From assembly GCA_041652535.1 (NCBI GenBank), contig JBAZHB010000002.1, forward strand, positions 1,582 to 65,581: a stretch of 64,000 nt of DNA, read 5' to 3'. Below, one piece after another: positions 17,364 through 26,865 of this stretch. Both the position numbers and the translations under genes were made by a program. The stretch is from Candidatus Babeliales bacterium (GTDB taxonomy: Bacteria > Babelota > Babeliae > Babelales > RVW-14). Position 1 is the stretch's first letter. Every line of letters starts with the position of its first letter. The notes under the pieces are model-generated. The model did no database searches, was not told where the DNA came from, and was given only the letters and a program-made list of their open reading frames with translations.

Positions 17364-18776
17364 ATGAACTTTAAAACCGCTCTACTCCCACATCAACAAT
17401 CGGCATATGATAAGCTCCGGTGCCTTAAGATTGGTGCCTTATATATGGATATGGGTACTGGCAAAACAAGAACGGCGTTGGAAATCATTGCGCTACGGCT
17501 TGATGCTGGCAAAATAAATCACATCCTATGGCTCTGTCCATGCTCCGTAAAACCAACAATCAAGGCAGAGCTACAGAAGCATATTGACGGCGATTTGTCT
17601 ATGTTCACTATCGAAGGCATAGAAAGCATGTCGCAGTCTGACAGGCTGTATTTGCGGTTGCTTGATTTGGTGGCTAATCAAAAGGTGTTTTTAATTGTTG
17701 ATGAAAGTAACCTCGTTAAGAATCATTTTGCGAAACGCACAAAAAGGATATCGGCGCTAGCAAAGTCTTGCGCTTACAGGCTTATTTTGAACGGTACGCC
17801 GGTCAGCAAGAATGAAGCGGATTTATTTGCACAGTGGTACATTTTAGATGAGCGCATATTGGGCTATCACTCTTTCTGGAGCTTTGCAGCGAATCATCTT
17901 GAATATGACGATTACGGCAAAGTCAGGCGCGTTCTGAATGTGGATTATCTCACTGAAAAAATATCGCCGTACTCATACGGTGTGAAGAAGGAGGAGTGTA
18001 TTGTACTACCACGCAAGCGTTATCGCGAACGTGATTTTGCGTTGACGGAAGAACAGGAATACGCATATTATGACGCAAAGGAAAAGCTGCTGGCTAATGT
18101 TGACGAGTTTGACAGCACGACAATATACAAGCTTTTTACCGGGCTACAGCAGGTCACAAGCGGGCGCGCAATAGTTAGCATATATCCGCTTAAAAGTATA
18201 CCGTTTTTCGATAATCCGCTTGACAATCCGCGCATTAATGCCCTATTGCGAGAGGTTGACGATGTGGAAGAAAAAATCATAATCTGGTGCAAATTCAAGC
18301 ATGAGATAGACGATGTAACGGCGGTATTGCGGGACAGATACGGAGTGGACAGCGTGGCGCAGTTTTACGGCGGCATAAGTCAGAAAAGCCGCATTGCTGA
18401 AATGGAAAGGTTCAGAAACAATGCTCAGTATCTGATAGCGCACAAGGTCTGTGGTGGCTACGGTCTTAACCTGCAATTTTGCTCACGCATGATATATTAT
18501 AACAATGACTTTAACTGGGCGACAAGGGCGCAGTCAGAGGACAGAGTTCACAGGTTGGGACAGACTAAAGAGGTAATTATCGTTGACATATGCGCCGCAA
18601 GTAAAATTGATGACAGGATTATTAATAACCTTAACTGCAAAGGCGTTCTATGTGACAGATTCAAGGATGAACTCAGGAAGAACAGGGATAACAAGGCGGC
18701 ATTATCCGCCTGGATAGATGGAGGTAGGCATGATAAAAATAGGGCTGAACCAGAGGGAGAAGCAGAGGGAAATTGA
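17364..18776 (+). CDS. SNF2/Rad54-family helicase-like ATPase
   Basis: MDMGTGKTRTALE (Walker A), LIVDESNLVKN (DExx), QSEDRVHRLGQ (motif VI). ATG 17364 is preceded by GGAGGG. Confidence 0.8.
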   Translation: MNFKTALLPHQQSAYDKLRCLKIGALYMDMGTGKTRTALEIIALRLDAGKINHILWLCPCSVKPTIKAELQKHIDGDLSMFTIEGIESMSQSDRLYLRLLDLVANQKVFLIVDESNLVKNHFAKRTKRISALAKSCAYRLILNGTPVSKNEADLFAQWYILDERILGYHSFWSFAANHLEYDDYGKVRRVLNVDYLTEKISPYSYGVKKEECIVLPRKRYRERDFALTEEQEYAYYDAKEKLLANVDEFDSTTIYKLFTGLQQVTSGRAIVSIYPLKSIPFFDNPLDNPRINALLREVDDVEEKIIIWCKFKHEIDDVTAVLRDRYGVDSVAQFYGGISQKSRIAEMERFRNNAQYLIAHKVCGGYGLNLQFCSRMIYYNNDFNWATRAQSEDRVHRLGQTKEVIIVDICAASKIDDRIINNLNCKGVLCDRFKDELRKNRDNKAALSAWIDGGRHDKNRAEPEGEAEGN

Positions 18777-19596
18777 CAAGTGTTTAAGCAATATAAAAAA
18801 AGTGTTCTGTTTTTACTACAAGGATTTCCCTGTGAAATATAATGTAAACTGCGAAATCGAGTACGTTGAGTATGCGGACATTGAAATGTATAAGTTTTTT
18901 TACCGGCTTCTGGAAGAGATCGGCAATGATAGTTTAATCGTTATGGACGGATGTATGAGGACGCAGAACCGATCAGAACTTATTTACAATTGCGCTCATC
19001 ATTACCTGAACCAAACGCCGCATAAAATCATATTTGAACACTTTCCCATTATCGATACCAAGGATGATTTCATGATTTTACTGGACTTTGAAAACAAAGG
19101 TAAATACAAAGGCAAATCTTTTGACTATCTGTTTTTGCAGCAGGAAGATATACTGATTAAGCCACATAAAGTTAAAATGGAATTGTTGCCTGCGGAAGTG
19201 TCGGGCAGTGAAAGGGTGCAGTATGACGCTAAAAAGGAAAGCTTGTTTGATAATTTGGGAGGTAAGGATCCGGACACAATCCCGCGAACATTGCAACTGT
19301 TTGCGGGAGATTTGAAAAAGAAGGCCATTCAGCCTGACAAGCTTTATGTGGCAAGAAACAAGCGGTTTAAGTTAGATAATGTGTTGAGCTATGATGAGGC
19401 TAAGAAAGGCGAATACATCATCATAGATACTCATTACCGCCGTCTTAACATGAATGACTTCCTGAAAATTACCGGCATGGAGAAGATAAAATATCTATGT
19501 ACCACGCTGCCAATTGACAATGTAATAATCTCAGAATTTGCGGAATGGAAAGCGAGGTTGGATGCCGTCTATGCTCAATCAAGTTTATATAAATAA
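18730..19596 (+). CDS. hypothetical protein between the helicase and the PAPS-reductase-like gene
   Basis: 288 aa from ATG 18730 (RBS GGAGGTAGG). No motif recognised. Confidence 0.5.
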   Translation: MIKIGLNQREKQREIDKCLSNIKKVFCFYYKDFPVKYNVNCEIEYVEYADIEMYKFFYRLLEEIGNDSLIVMDGCMRTQNRSELIYNCAHHYLNQTPHKIIFEHFPIIDTKDDFMILLDFENKGKYKGKSFDYLFLQQEDILIKPHKVKMELLPAEVSGSERVQYDAKKESLFDNLGGKDPDTIPRTLQLFAGDLKKKAIQPDKLYVARNKRFKLDNVLSYDEAKKGEYIIIDTHYRRLNMNDFLKITGMEKIKYLCTTLPIDNVIISEFAEWKARLDAVYAQSSLYK

Positions 19597-20689
19597 AAAT
19601 GTACTTGAAGCGGCCAGAGAACGTATGAAGTATATTTTTGATGAGTTTGGGAATATATGCGTAAGTGTAAGCGGCGGCAAGGACAGTACTGTTTTGGCTC
19701 ATCTGGCATTGCAGGAGGCGAACCGAAGAGGGCGGAAGATAGGTATATTTTTTCTGGATGAAGAAGTCGTTTATGAAAGCACGGTAAAACAGATAAAATA
19801 TATAATGGACATGTATCCTGAAAACGCCGTCAAGCTGTGGTTTCAAATTGAATTTAACCTCACCAACTCCACATCAATCAAGGATGGACAGTTGAAATGT
19901 TGGGAGCGCGGCAAGCACGAGATATGGATGCGGCCAAAAGAACCGGACAGCATACAATATAAACCGTGGGACAGGGCGAATGAAACGGTCAGGGACAAAA
20001 ACAAGGGCTTCGGATTCTATGACGCGCTGGACAACTTCCAGAACTCCCGGCGGAACACAGCTTTTCTTGTCGGCCTGAGAGCCACAGAAAGTCCTAACAG
20101 GTGGCGGGCGGTATCAAAGAATCCGGGATACAAAGACGTTTGCTGGTGCACAAAAGGCCATAATTGCAATGTTAATTTTTATCCTCTGTATGACTGGAAT
20201 TTCCATGATATCTGGAAGTACATATATGACGAACAGTTGAAGTACAGCAAGATATACGATTACCAGTACAAGAAGGGCATGGGACTACAGGAAATAAGGG
20301 TATCCAGTCTGATACATGAAAAATCATTTAAGGCTCTGGTGGAGTTGCCGGAGTTTGAACCCAAAACATATGACAAGCTACAGAGGCGGATTGGCGGGAT
20401 AGCAGTAGGTCATATCTATGGCAAGGAAAACAAGATGCTCCGTGCCCGGACGTTACCGAAGAATTTCAAAAGCTGGCGGGGGTACCGGGACTTCCTGCTG
20501 GAAACTTATCCGGACGCCAGCAAAAAAGATATTTTTGTTAAGCGTTATGTCCGATACCTGGATAACAATTATGTCGCTCGCCAGGAATGCCGGCAACTTA
20601 TCCTAAATGATTACGAGAATAACCTTCCTGTGGATAATAAACCAGATCCACGGGAGGAAACAATTAAGAAATGGAGAGAATTATTATGA
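19562..20689 (+). CDS. PAPS-reductase/ATP-pyrophosphatase-family protein (IbrA/DndC-like)
   Basis: VSVSGGKDSTVL PP-loop (SGGxDS). Long C-terminal extension resembling DUF3440. Start is ambiguous (TTG 19538, ATG 19562, ATG 19571). Confidence 0.75.
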   Translation: MPSMLNQVYINKNVLEAARERMKYIFDEFGNICVSVSGGKDSTVLAHLALQEANRRGRKIGIFFLDEEVVYESTVKQIKYIMDMYPENAVKLWFQIEFNLTNSTSIKDGQLKCWERGKHEIWMRPKEPDSIQYKPWDRANETVRDKNKGFGFYDALDNFQNSRRNTAFLVGLRATESPNRWRAVSKNPGYKDVCWCTKGHNCNVNFYPLYDWNFHDIWKYIYDEQLKYSKIYDYQYKKGMGLQEIRVSSLIHEKSFKALVELPEFEPKTYDKLQRRIGGIAVGHIYGKENKMLRARTLPKNFKSWRGYRDFLLETYPDASKKDIFVKRYVRYLDNNYVARQECRQLILNDYENNLPVDNKPDPREETIKKWRELL

Positions 20690-21270
20690 GAGAGATAAAA
20701 ACAGAAGAATACGGAACGTTTATAATACCGGAGGCTCCTATTATCAATACAAAGTTCGGCCCAATTAAATTAATATCCCAAACAGCTATAATAGCACCAA
20801 TAGAGTTAGTACAAGCCAATAATTATAACCCAAACAGCGTGGACAGTAAAAATATGGAGCTGCTGAGGCAGTCAATCATTGATAATGGTTTTTGTTATGG
20901 GGTTGTTACGATCTGGGACGAAGATCTGCAAAAATTTATTATAGTAGACGGATACCATAGATATGATGAATTCAAAAATACTTTACAGGCTGTCGAAATT
21001 CCGATTTATGTACTTGAACAAACCCCAGCACAAAGGATGGCTGCTACAGTCCAGTTTAACCGTGCCCGGGGAGTTCACCAAGTTGATCTCATGGGTGATC
21101 TAGTTAAAGCTTTATTTGAGCAAGGCGAAGATGATGAGGCTATCGCAAAGCACCTAGGCATGGAGCTTGAGGAAGTATTCAGGCTTAAACAAATAACCGG
21201 CATTGCGGAGTTATTTAAGAATCAGACATATTCCCGCTCATGGGAAATGCAGGAGGTAGAAAATGGCTGA
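20686..21270 (+). CDS. ParB-like nuclease-domain protein (IbrB-like)
   Basis: 194 aa. ..NPNSVD.., IIVDGYHRY, QFNRARG, typical of the ParB/Srx N-terminal domain. Confidence 0.7.
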   Translation: MREIKTEEYGTFIIPEAPIINTKFGPIKLISQTAIIAPIELVQANNYNPNSVDSKNMELLRQSIIDNGFCYGVVTIWDEDLQKFIIVDGYHRYDEFKNTLQAVEIPIYVLEQTPAQRMAATVQFNRARGVHQVDLMGDLVKALFEQGEDDEAIAKHLGMELEEVFRLKQITGIAELFKNQTYSRSWEMQEVENG

Positions 21271-21892
21271 ATACAATTATGGTAATGCTTATCTGAGACA
21301 TCCATTGAGCAAAGAGCCTTATGTTTTTGGTGATGGCAGCATAGTCCAAGTGCATGACATATTTGATCCGTTGCCTGAGTTTATGAGGTTGGCAGACATG
21401 GTATTCGTAGATCCACCGTGGAATCTGGGCAACATTAATACGTTTTATATGAAAGCTGAGAAGTATGAACGGGTGGACAGTTTTGAACGATTTTATAAGC
21501 GGTTGTTTGAGTGTATTGGGACAATAGGATCACAAGTCTGTTATGTGGAAGTGGGAAAAGAACACCTTGCGGATTTTATCATGGAAATGCAGAGGCTTTA
21601 TAAATATGTGACATTTTACAACAGCACCTATTATCACAGTAAAGATAAGTTATGTTATGTAATTAGAGGAAGCAAAAAATTTAAGAAGCCCACATTGGAT
21701 GGTATGGATGAGGAAGACATTATTGAGTGGATATGTGCAAACGAGGATTATAATATTATTGGTGATCTCTGCATGGGATGTGGGCTTGTTGGCCTGAATG
21801 CTTACCGGAATGGAAAACGGTTTGTAGGGACGGAATTGAACCATAAAAGGCTATCTGTATTGATAGAGAAAGTAGAGGGTGACAATGAATAA
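21263..21892 (+). CDS. DNA methyltransferase (beta-class N6A/N4C type, DPPW motif)
   Basis: 209 aa. FVDPPWN (motif IV) lies N-terminal of GDLCMGCGLVGLNAYRNGKRFVGTELN (motif I). Confidence 0.7.
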   Translation: MAEYNYGNAYLRHPLSKEPYVFGDGSIVQVHDIFDPLPEFMRLADMVFVDPPWNLGNINTFYMKAEKYERVDSFERFYKRLFECIGTIGSQVCYVEVGKEHLADFIMEMQRLYKYVTFYNSTYYHSKDKLCYVIRGSKKFKKPTLDGMDEEDIIEWICANEDYNIIGDLCMGCGLVGLNAYRNGKRFVGTELNHKRLSVLIEKVEGDNE

Positions 21893-22043
21893 TAGATTTC
21901 AAGTAAGGGATACAGAGGAAGAACTTAAAAAATTAGACGAGGCTATCACAAAACTTGGATATAAAGACCGGGCTGATTGGTATCGTGATGCAAAAAGAGA
22001 TACAATGAAAAAGGCACAAAAAATAAACCCCCAGATTAAATAA
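21885..22043 (+). CDS. small ribbon-helix-helix-like protein
   Basis: 52 aa. MNNRFQVRDTEEELKKLDEAITKLGYKDRADWYRDA. Overlaps the methylase stop. Confidence 0.4.
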   Translation: MNNRFQVRDTEEELKKLDEAITKLGYKDRADWYRDAKRDTMKKAQKINPQIK

Positions 22044-22062
22044 CTGGGGTTTATTTTATTTC
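22026..22062. terminator. convergent (bidirectional) intrinsic terminator
   Basis: CCCCAG/CTGGGG stem flanked by an A-run and TTTATTTTATTT. Lies between the plus block and the minus early operon. Confidence 0.7.
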
Positions 22063-22083
22063 AATTTAAAAAACTGTTTCGAA

Positions 22084-22509
22084 TTAAATTCGCAGTCCTC
22101 TCTCTCTTGCAAACTCTTGGCAAGATTTATTCAGCCAATAATATATCTGCCTGATACTTGCGGGGATATGTATTTCTGCATAATGTACGCGTGTTTCAAT
22201 ATCACCCCATTCAAGTTCTTGCCAACAGTCTTTTTGATATACCATTTCAACTGCTTTACGTGGGTCTCTGCCGCATATAATCAATGCCTTTTCCGCCGCG
22301 TCCAGATCGGCAAGTTCGGCAGCATGTTCGCTCAATATTCTCTCTTTGTGCATCAGTGCAGCCTCAGTAGGATTGCTTACCCCATCAGACTTAGCTTGGC
22401 GTTTGTAATCATCCACAAGTTTATTAATATATTTGTCTGCGCTGCCTTCCCTGGCGAGAAAACGAAACGCCTGAGTGGCATACTCGCGATATGGCTGTCT
22501 TTTGTTCAT
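22084..22509 (-). CDS. putative phage late-gene transcriptional regulator (sigma region-4-like C-terminal HTH)
   Basis: 141 aa. Last gene of the early operon. C-terminal SIRQIYYWLNKSCQEFARERGL looks like an HTH. Confidence 0.35.
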   Translation of the reverse strand: MNKRQPYREYATQAFRFLAREGSADKYINKLVDDYKRQAKSDGVSNPTEAALMHKERILSEHAAELADLDAAEKALIICGRDPRKAVEMVYQKDCWQELEWGDIETRVHYAEIHIPASIRQIYYWLNKSCQEFARERGLRI

Positions 22510-22518
22510 TGGATTACC

Positions 22519-22872
22519 TCACCCCTCCGTCATATACCCCACAATAACTTTAACCGCCTCGCCCCATCCATAGCACACATCTACCTTGTGCCCTTGTTTT
22601 CGTAACTGTTCAATCCACCACAGTTGATTTTCTGTCGGTTTGTTCTTACCAACTTTCATTTCGATAAACAGCCCGTGATACTCACCGCACGGAACCGGAA
22701 GGCAGATGTCCGGTACACCTGATTTTACGCCCTCTTTTTTCAGCCTTGCCGCCGTTGTAATATTGCGCTTACCGCCGTTCGGCACCGCGAACAGTAGCTT
22801 TAGTTCCGGCGTTTTCTTTGCGGCGAATTCAGCCCATTCAAATAAGGCTTGCTGTTCAGTGGATTCGCTCAT
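22519..22872 (-). CDS. VRR-NUC domain nuclease
   Basis: QQALFEW..., GVPDICLPVP...GLFIEMKVGKNKPTENQLWW matches VRR-NUC (D..E.K). ATG 22872 follows GGAGGG. Confidence 0.75.
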   Translation of the reverse strand: MSESTEQQALFEWAEFAAKKTPELKLLFAVPNGGKRNITTAARLKKEGVKSGVPDICLPVPCGEYHGLFIEMKVGKNKPTENQLWWIEQLRKQGHKVDVCYGWGEAVKVIVGYMTEG

Positions 22873-22873
22873 C

Positions 22874-23218
22874 TTAGTCCCTCCTGCAATAGTCACAATG
22901 CAAGTCATTGCCTTCGTTTTTTGAGTCGTACAAGCAGCCGCATGTCTTGCATCTCTCAATATGATCGGGCAGAACGCAAGTTTGTTCTTGTAAAAACCAA
23001 ATTATTCTAAATGCCATCTGCTCTGATAAATGCGGTGGGCGTTTCATGTGGATACCGTCCGGCAACTCGCCTTGAAGAAATTTATAGAATTCTTCAATCT
23101 TTTCAATTGGCATTTCGCTGATAAAATGGCGGATAAATTGTTTCTCTCTTGGGCAGCAATCGTAGCATTTAATCGTTTCATCAATTGATAATAATTCTTT
23201 TTTTTCATCTCTAAGCAT
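22874..23218 (-). CDS. hypothetical Cys-rich protein
   Basis: About 114 aa from ATG 23218 (RBS GGGAGG). C-terminal CKTCGC...CDYC. Confidence 0.4.
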   Translation of the reverse strand: MLRDEKKELLSIDETIKCYDCCPREKQFIRHFISEMPIEKIEEFYKFLQGELPDGIHMKRPPHLSEQMAFRIIWFLQEQTCVLPDHIERCKTCGCLYDSKNEGNDLHCDYCRRD

Positions 23219-23402
23219 CTTTCCCGCCTCCCACCTTATTGCAATAATATGTCCGTGCATACATGCAGGATGGTATTCTGTCCATGGTTCCTTTGTCCCT
23301 GTTGTACTTGTTGATTATTTCTTTGTCCAGGCAAAGGCACCAATCGGCATTTTTGCGGATTGATTCCGACCTATCAAGACACCCTATACATTTTTTATCC
23401 AT
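23211..23402 (-). CDS. small Cys-rich protein
   Basis: 63 aa; CIGC...CLC. Confidence 0.35.
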   Translation of the reverse strand: MDKKCIGCLDRSESIRKNADWCLCLDKEIINKYNRDKGTMDRIPSCMYARTYYCNKVGGGKDA

Positions 23403-23964
23403 CCTGACCGCCTCCTGCCTTGTCTATTGCTGCAAGGGCTTCTCTTATCTCAACTTTAGCCTGCTCCATTGGCTTATTAGGAACAAACATTTCAAAAGCT
23501 TCCATACATGTATCTAGCGCTTTCCTAGCCTTTGCAAGTATTACCAAATAGTCAACTATATTCCTGCAATACTCCTTTAGCATCATGTCGGACGCAACTA
23601 TTTGCTTTGTGAGTTGCTCATTCGCCTTGACAAGCCGACTTACGCGGTCATTGTATAATCCGTCGTTGTGCGCTTCAAGTTTCAGTTGCTCAACCTCCTG
23701 CTGTGCCCTAATCCAATTATTTCGTGTAAACTCATATTTATTTTCATTTTTGTCACATTCTTCACTTTTGCGCCTAAGCATGTCAATTTGTCTTTCGTTT
23801 TTCTGTTTCCACTGCTCATTCTCTTCCTTCATTTTGCAAAAATCCTTGAACAGTTTGCTATGCCCTGTGTCCAGTTCCTCGTATCGTTGCTGCCAGCCGG
23901 TTATCTCCTGCCGCTGTGCCTTTATGGTTTTTTCTGCATCATCAAGCTGTGCTAAAATGCTCAT
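23395..23964 (-). CDS. coiled-coil protein, unknown function
   Basis: 189 aa; heptad-rich, Q/E/K-rich sequence. Confidence 0.45.
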   Translation of the reverse strand: MSILAQLDDAEKTIKAQRQEITGWQQRYEELDTGHSKLFKDFCKMKEENEQWKQKNERQIDMLRRKSEECDKNENKYEFTRNNWIRAQQEVEQLKLEAHNDGLYNDRVSRLVKANEQLTKQIVASDMMLKEYCRNIVDYLVILAKARKALDTCMEAFEMFVPNKPMEQAKVEIREALAAIDKAGGGQDG

Positions 23965-23967
23965 CTC

Positions 23968-24306
23968 TCACCCCTCCAATCCTTTTAGTGATGCCGCATC
24001 CCTTTTTATCACCGCAATCTTGCGTCTTAATTCCTCGCCTAACATGCCGCGCTTTGAATGCCATCCATGTGCATAAGCAAGCCCTGTAGTCTCGCTCAGT
24101 TCGTCCGTAAGTGCCTTAACGTATTCGTCATATGCCAGTGTTATCTCTTCCAGTATTGCCCTGTACACCTTATTTCGATGATATAATTCCTCACACGTTT
24201 TAAACACTTTTGTTATATCTTTCCATACTTCCGGCGATGGTGTATTCGTGTCTTGGGTACAGCGTTTCTTTTTCCATATATCCTCAAATTCCTCATATCT
24301 CAACAT
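23968..24306 (-). CDS. hypothetical protein
   Basis: 112 aa ORF in operon register. Confidence 0.4.
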   Translation of the reverse strand: MLRYEEFEDIWKKKRCTQDTNTPSPEVWKDITKVFKTCEELYHRNKVYRAILEEITLAYDEYVKALTDELSETTGLAYAHGWHSKRGMLGEELRRKIAVIKRDAASLKGLEG

Positions 24307-24804
24307 TTAACCCTCTCCCTTCTCGTTCTTATTCCACCGTGTGCCATATCTATCTTCCACTTCCCGCCGCAAGTCCCAATACATTTGTCTGTAATTATCC
24401 CTCTCTTTTTCAGCTTGCTTTGTAATTGAGTACAATCGGTCTACTTCGTGGGGAATACTACTTTTAATCTGCTTATTAACATCCCTTGAAAGCGACCGTA
24501 TAAGCGAGTTCTTTAATATTTGCTCATCTTCCCATAAAGGTTGTCGTTTAGCCCTTTTCTCACACCACCCACCGCAATATACGCCTATGTGCGCTGGTAT
24601 CTCATCCTTGACCTGCTCATATAATTCTTTTGGCATGACGTAGTAATTAAAATGCCCCAGGAAGGTATTATGTGCATTGCTGTGGAAGTCTGACTTTGAC
24701 ATTTTAATCTCATAGCACCGGAACACGCCTTTGCAGTCATAAGTCATGTAGTCAACTCGCTCACTGCCGAACCAGCCGATTGTGACCTCAAAGCATCCGA
24801 ACAC
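24307..24804 (-). CDS. PD-(D/E)xK nuclease-fold protein (MmcB-like)
   Basis: ERVDYMTY...FRCYEIKMSKSDF fits the D...E.K motif. The N-terminus may extend upstream. Confidence 0.45.
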   Translation of the reverse strand: MFGCFEVTIGWFGSERVDYMTYDCKGVFRCYEIKMSKSDFHSNAHNTFLGHFNYYVMPKELYEQVKDEIPAHIGVYCGGWCEKRAKRQPLWEDEQILKNSLIRSLSRDVNKQIKSSIPHEVDRLYSITKQAEKERDNYRQMYWDLRREVEDRYGTRWNKNEKGEG

Positions 24805-24903
24805 GCCCTGCTTGTGCGTTGCCTTCCATATCTGCCGTTCAAGCTGTATTGTGGCTTCTGTTTTAGCCGTTCTGACCCTCTCCCTTCTCGCAAAATATCC
24901 TGA

Positions 24904-25140
24904 TTATGTGCAATTGTTTTTATCGTTTCCACAACCTACGAGCCATTCTTTCCCTGTCCATGTTGCAGAAGAATAATCACCTTCTACTAAATTTTCACTG
25001 TTTAATGCTACTTCCATTTTTCCGTCTTCCTTAGGTATCAGGAACAAAACAGCGCCACCCATATCCATACGAAGTGATTTTTTATTAGTACCTGTTATGC
25101 TTATTCTTGCTCCTCTAAGACACTTGTTGCACTTGGCCAT
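24904..25140 (-). CDS. hypothetical protein
   Basis: 78 aa from ATG 25140 (RBS GAAGGAGG). Confidence 0.4.
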   Translation of the reverse strand: MAKCNKCLRGARISITGTNKKSLRMDMGGAVLFLIPKEDGKMEVALNSENLVEGDYSSATWTGKEWLVGCGNDKNNCT

Positions 25141-25178
25141 ATCAATAAGCCTCCTTCTCCCTCTTTTTAAATTCCGCC

Positions 25179-25544
25179 CTATTCCATCACAACAACTTTC
25201 CATTTTGGTATTCTTTCATAGTTTTGGCTCTCATCGCGATGAAATTTAGATCCGTTTCCAAAATCCTCTATGCATTTTTCGCATCCTATGTAAGTCATTA
25301 TTGGACAGTGTATGTACCCGTCCTGATATACTTCCACCGTCGCACATAAGCACTGCCGCACTGTAGAGCCTGTATATTCTTCGTAGTGTAATCCATCAGG
25401 ACATACTTTCTCATTTCTGCATCTATAAGATTCATGTTTAACGCAATGGTAACAGCGCATTGACTTTTCGTAAGCTAATTGCCGTTGAATTCTTTCGTTT
25501 GTCATTTCTTCGTCAAAGAATGTAATTTGAATATAGTTATTCAC
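25179..25544 (-). CDS. Cys/His-rich protein, unknown function
   Basis: 121 aa; GTG start after GGAGGGG; multiple C/H clusters. Confidence 0.4.
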   Translation of the reverse strand: MNNYIQITFFDEEMTNERIQRQLAYEKSMRCYHCVKHESYRCRNEKVCPDGLHYEEYTGSTVRQCLCATVEVYQDGYIHCPIMTYIGCEKCIEDFGNGSKFHRDESQNYERIPKWKVVVME

Positions 25545-25547
25545 GCT

Positions 25548-26192
25548 TTACCCCTCCGCAAAGAATCTATGCCCACCTACCTCAAGAATAAACCGTTGCC
25601 GCTCATGAAATGCGCTCTCCACCAACGCAGGAGCATAAAAGTATATTACCTGTTCATCCGTCACTGTCTCACCCTTGTCAAATACTGCTGATACCGCCTC
25701 TTTGACATTTTTTGACGGGTTCGGCCGACGTTTGGCATATGCATACTGCATGACTATCTCTGCCGGACGCTTATTGTTCATGCGGCAGGCGTTTAGAATG
25801 CACTGACAGACAAGCATTTTACCTGTGTACGGTTCATCTTCTGCTTCTGCCATAACGACACGCTCAACGAGGTCACGCTCTGCCGTTGATAGCTCATAGC
25901 GCGGACGTTCCCCGCCCCTGCTTTTCTTGTCTATAGGCTTATCCTGCTTGCGGCCTATCTCTTCCTGCAATGCGCTGATTTGCTGCGTCAGGGCGTCGAG
26001 TTGTGCCTTATACTGTTCAATTTCTTTGCTGCTATTGACAATTTGCAATGACAAGCCACTTATTTGCCATTTTAAGGCGGTCGTTTCTGTCAAACGTGTC
26101 TTTACCCGTTTAACACTTGTTCCGACGGCGTACCCCATAAAAACAAGCGCACAGATATAAGATATAAGCAGTACATATGTTCTAGGTTTCAT
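25548..26192 (-). CDS. membrane-anchored SleB/CwlJ-type cell-wall hydrolase
   Basis: N-terminal TM VLLISYICALVFMGYAV, a coiled coil, then ERDLVERVVMAEAEDEPYTGKMLVCQCILNA (Hydrolase_2 signature). Confidence 0.65.
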   Translation of the reverse strand: MKPRTYVLLISYICALVFMGYAVGTSVKRVKTRLTETTALKWQISGLSLQIVNSSKEIEQYKAQLDALTQQISALQEEIGRKQDKPIDKKSRGGERPRYELSTAERDLVERVVMAEAEDEPYTGKMLVCQCILNACRMNNKRPAEIVMQYAYAKRRPNPSKNVKEAVSAVFDKGETVTDEQVIYFYAPALVESAFHERQRFILEVGGHRFFAEG

Positions 26193-26865
26193 ATTTCACC
26201 TTCTCGAATTCGGTCACGAACACCCACGGGTTAGCCGGTCTGCCATATAAAGTAAAATCCTTTGCCTTTATGGTGTTGTGCCATACCTCATAAAACCACG
26301 CAAGGGGCTGTGTTTCGTACTTTTCAGGGCATCCTTCGGCATAGCAACCACCTAAAGTTATGTCCTGTAATCTCTCCACCCTGACGTTTGTCACCTTTAA
26401 AAAGATTCTTGCAGCGGCACGGGGCATGAAGATTGAAGGGTGCCATTTGACACCATAATCCAATCGTGCCCTGTCGCTTTCACTCCCGGGTTTTATATCA
26501 GCCCGGTATGAGAAATTCCACGGTTTGTCTGTTAGCGGATCATTACCAAAACCCATGCCGCGTAAATCTGTCCATGTTTCCCTTACCCATAAAACCATTT
26601 CAACTTCCCACGGGCATTTGATATCCCGGTAAACTTCGCCATATTCATTATTTTCAAAAGTAGCAATCAGACCTCTTTTCACTTTCGGATACGCATTTCC
26701 GTTTTTGTCGTACGCCGTAAGTTCAGGGTCTTTCTCAAAGCTTTGCAGATTCCATTGGTCAGGATTCAAATTGATTTTATCTAATCCCCTCACTCGCCTC
26801 GTCATGCTCTTCCTACCGTCCTGTATCGCCTGTATCATAGGTGTTGAAAATAATATTGGTTTCAT
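26182..26865 (-). CDS. ASCH-like phage protein
   Basis: MKPILFSTPMIQAIQDGRKSMTRR...LWVRETW...PSIFMPRAAARIFLKVTNVRVERLQDI, a pattern seen in prophage ASCH-domain proteins. Confidence 0.55.
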   Translation of the reverse strand: MKPILFSTPMIQAIQDGRKSMTRRVRGLDKINLNPDQWNLQSFEKDPELTAYDKNGNAYPKVKRGLIATFENNEYGEVYRDIKCPWEVEMVLWVRETWTDLRGMGFGNDPLTDKPWNFSYRADIKPGSESDRARLDYGVKWHPSIFMPRAAARIFLKVTNVRVERLQDITLGGCYAEGCPEKYETQPLAWFYEVWHNTIKAKDFTLYGRPANPWVFVTEFEKVKYET

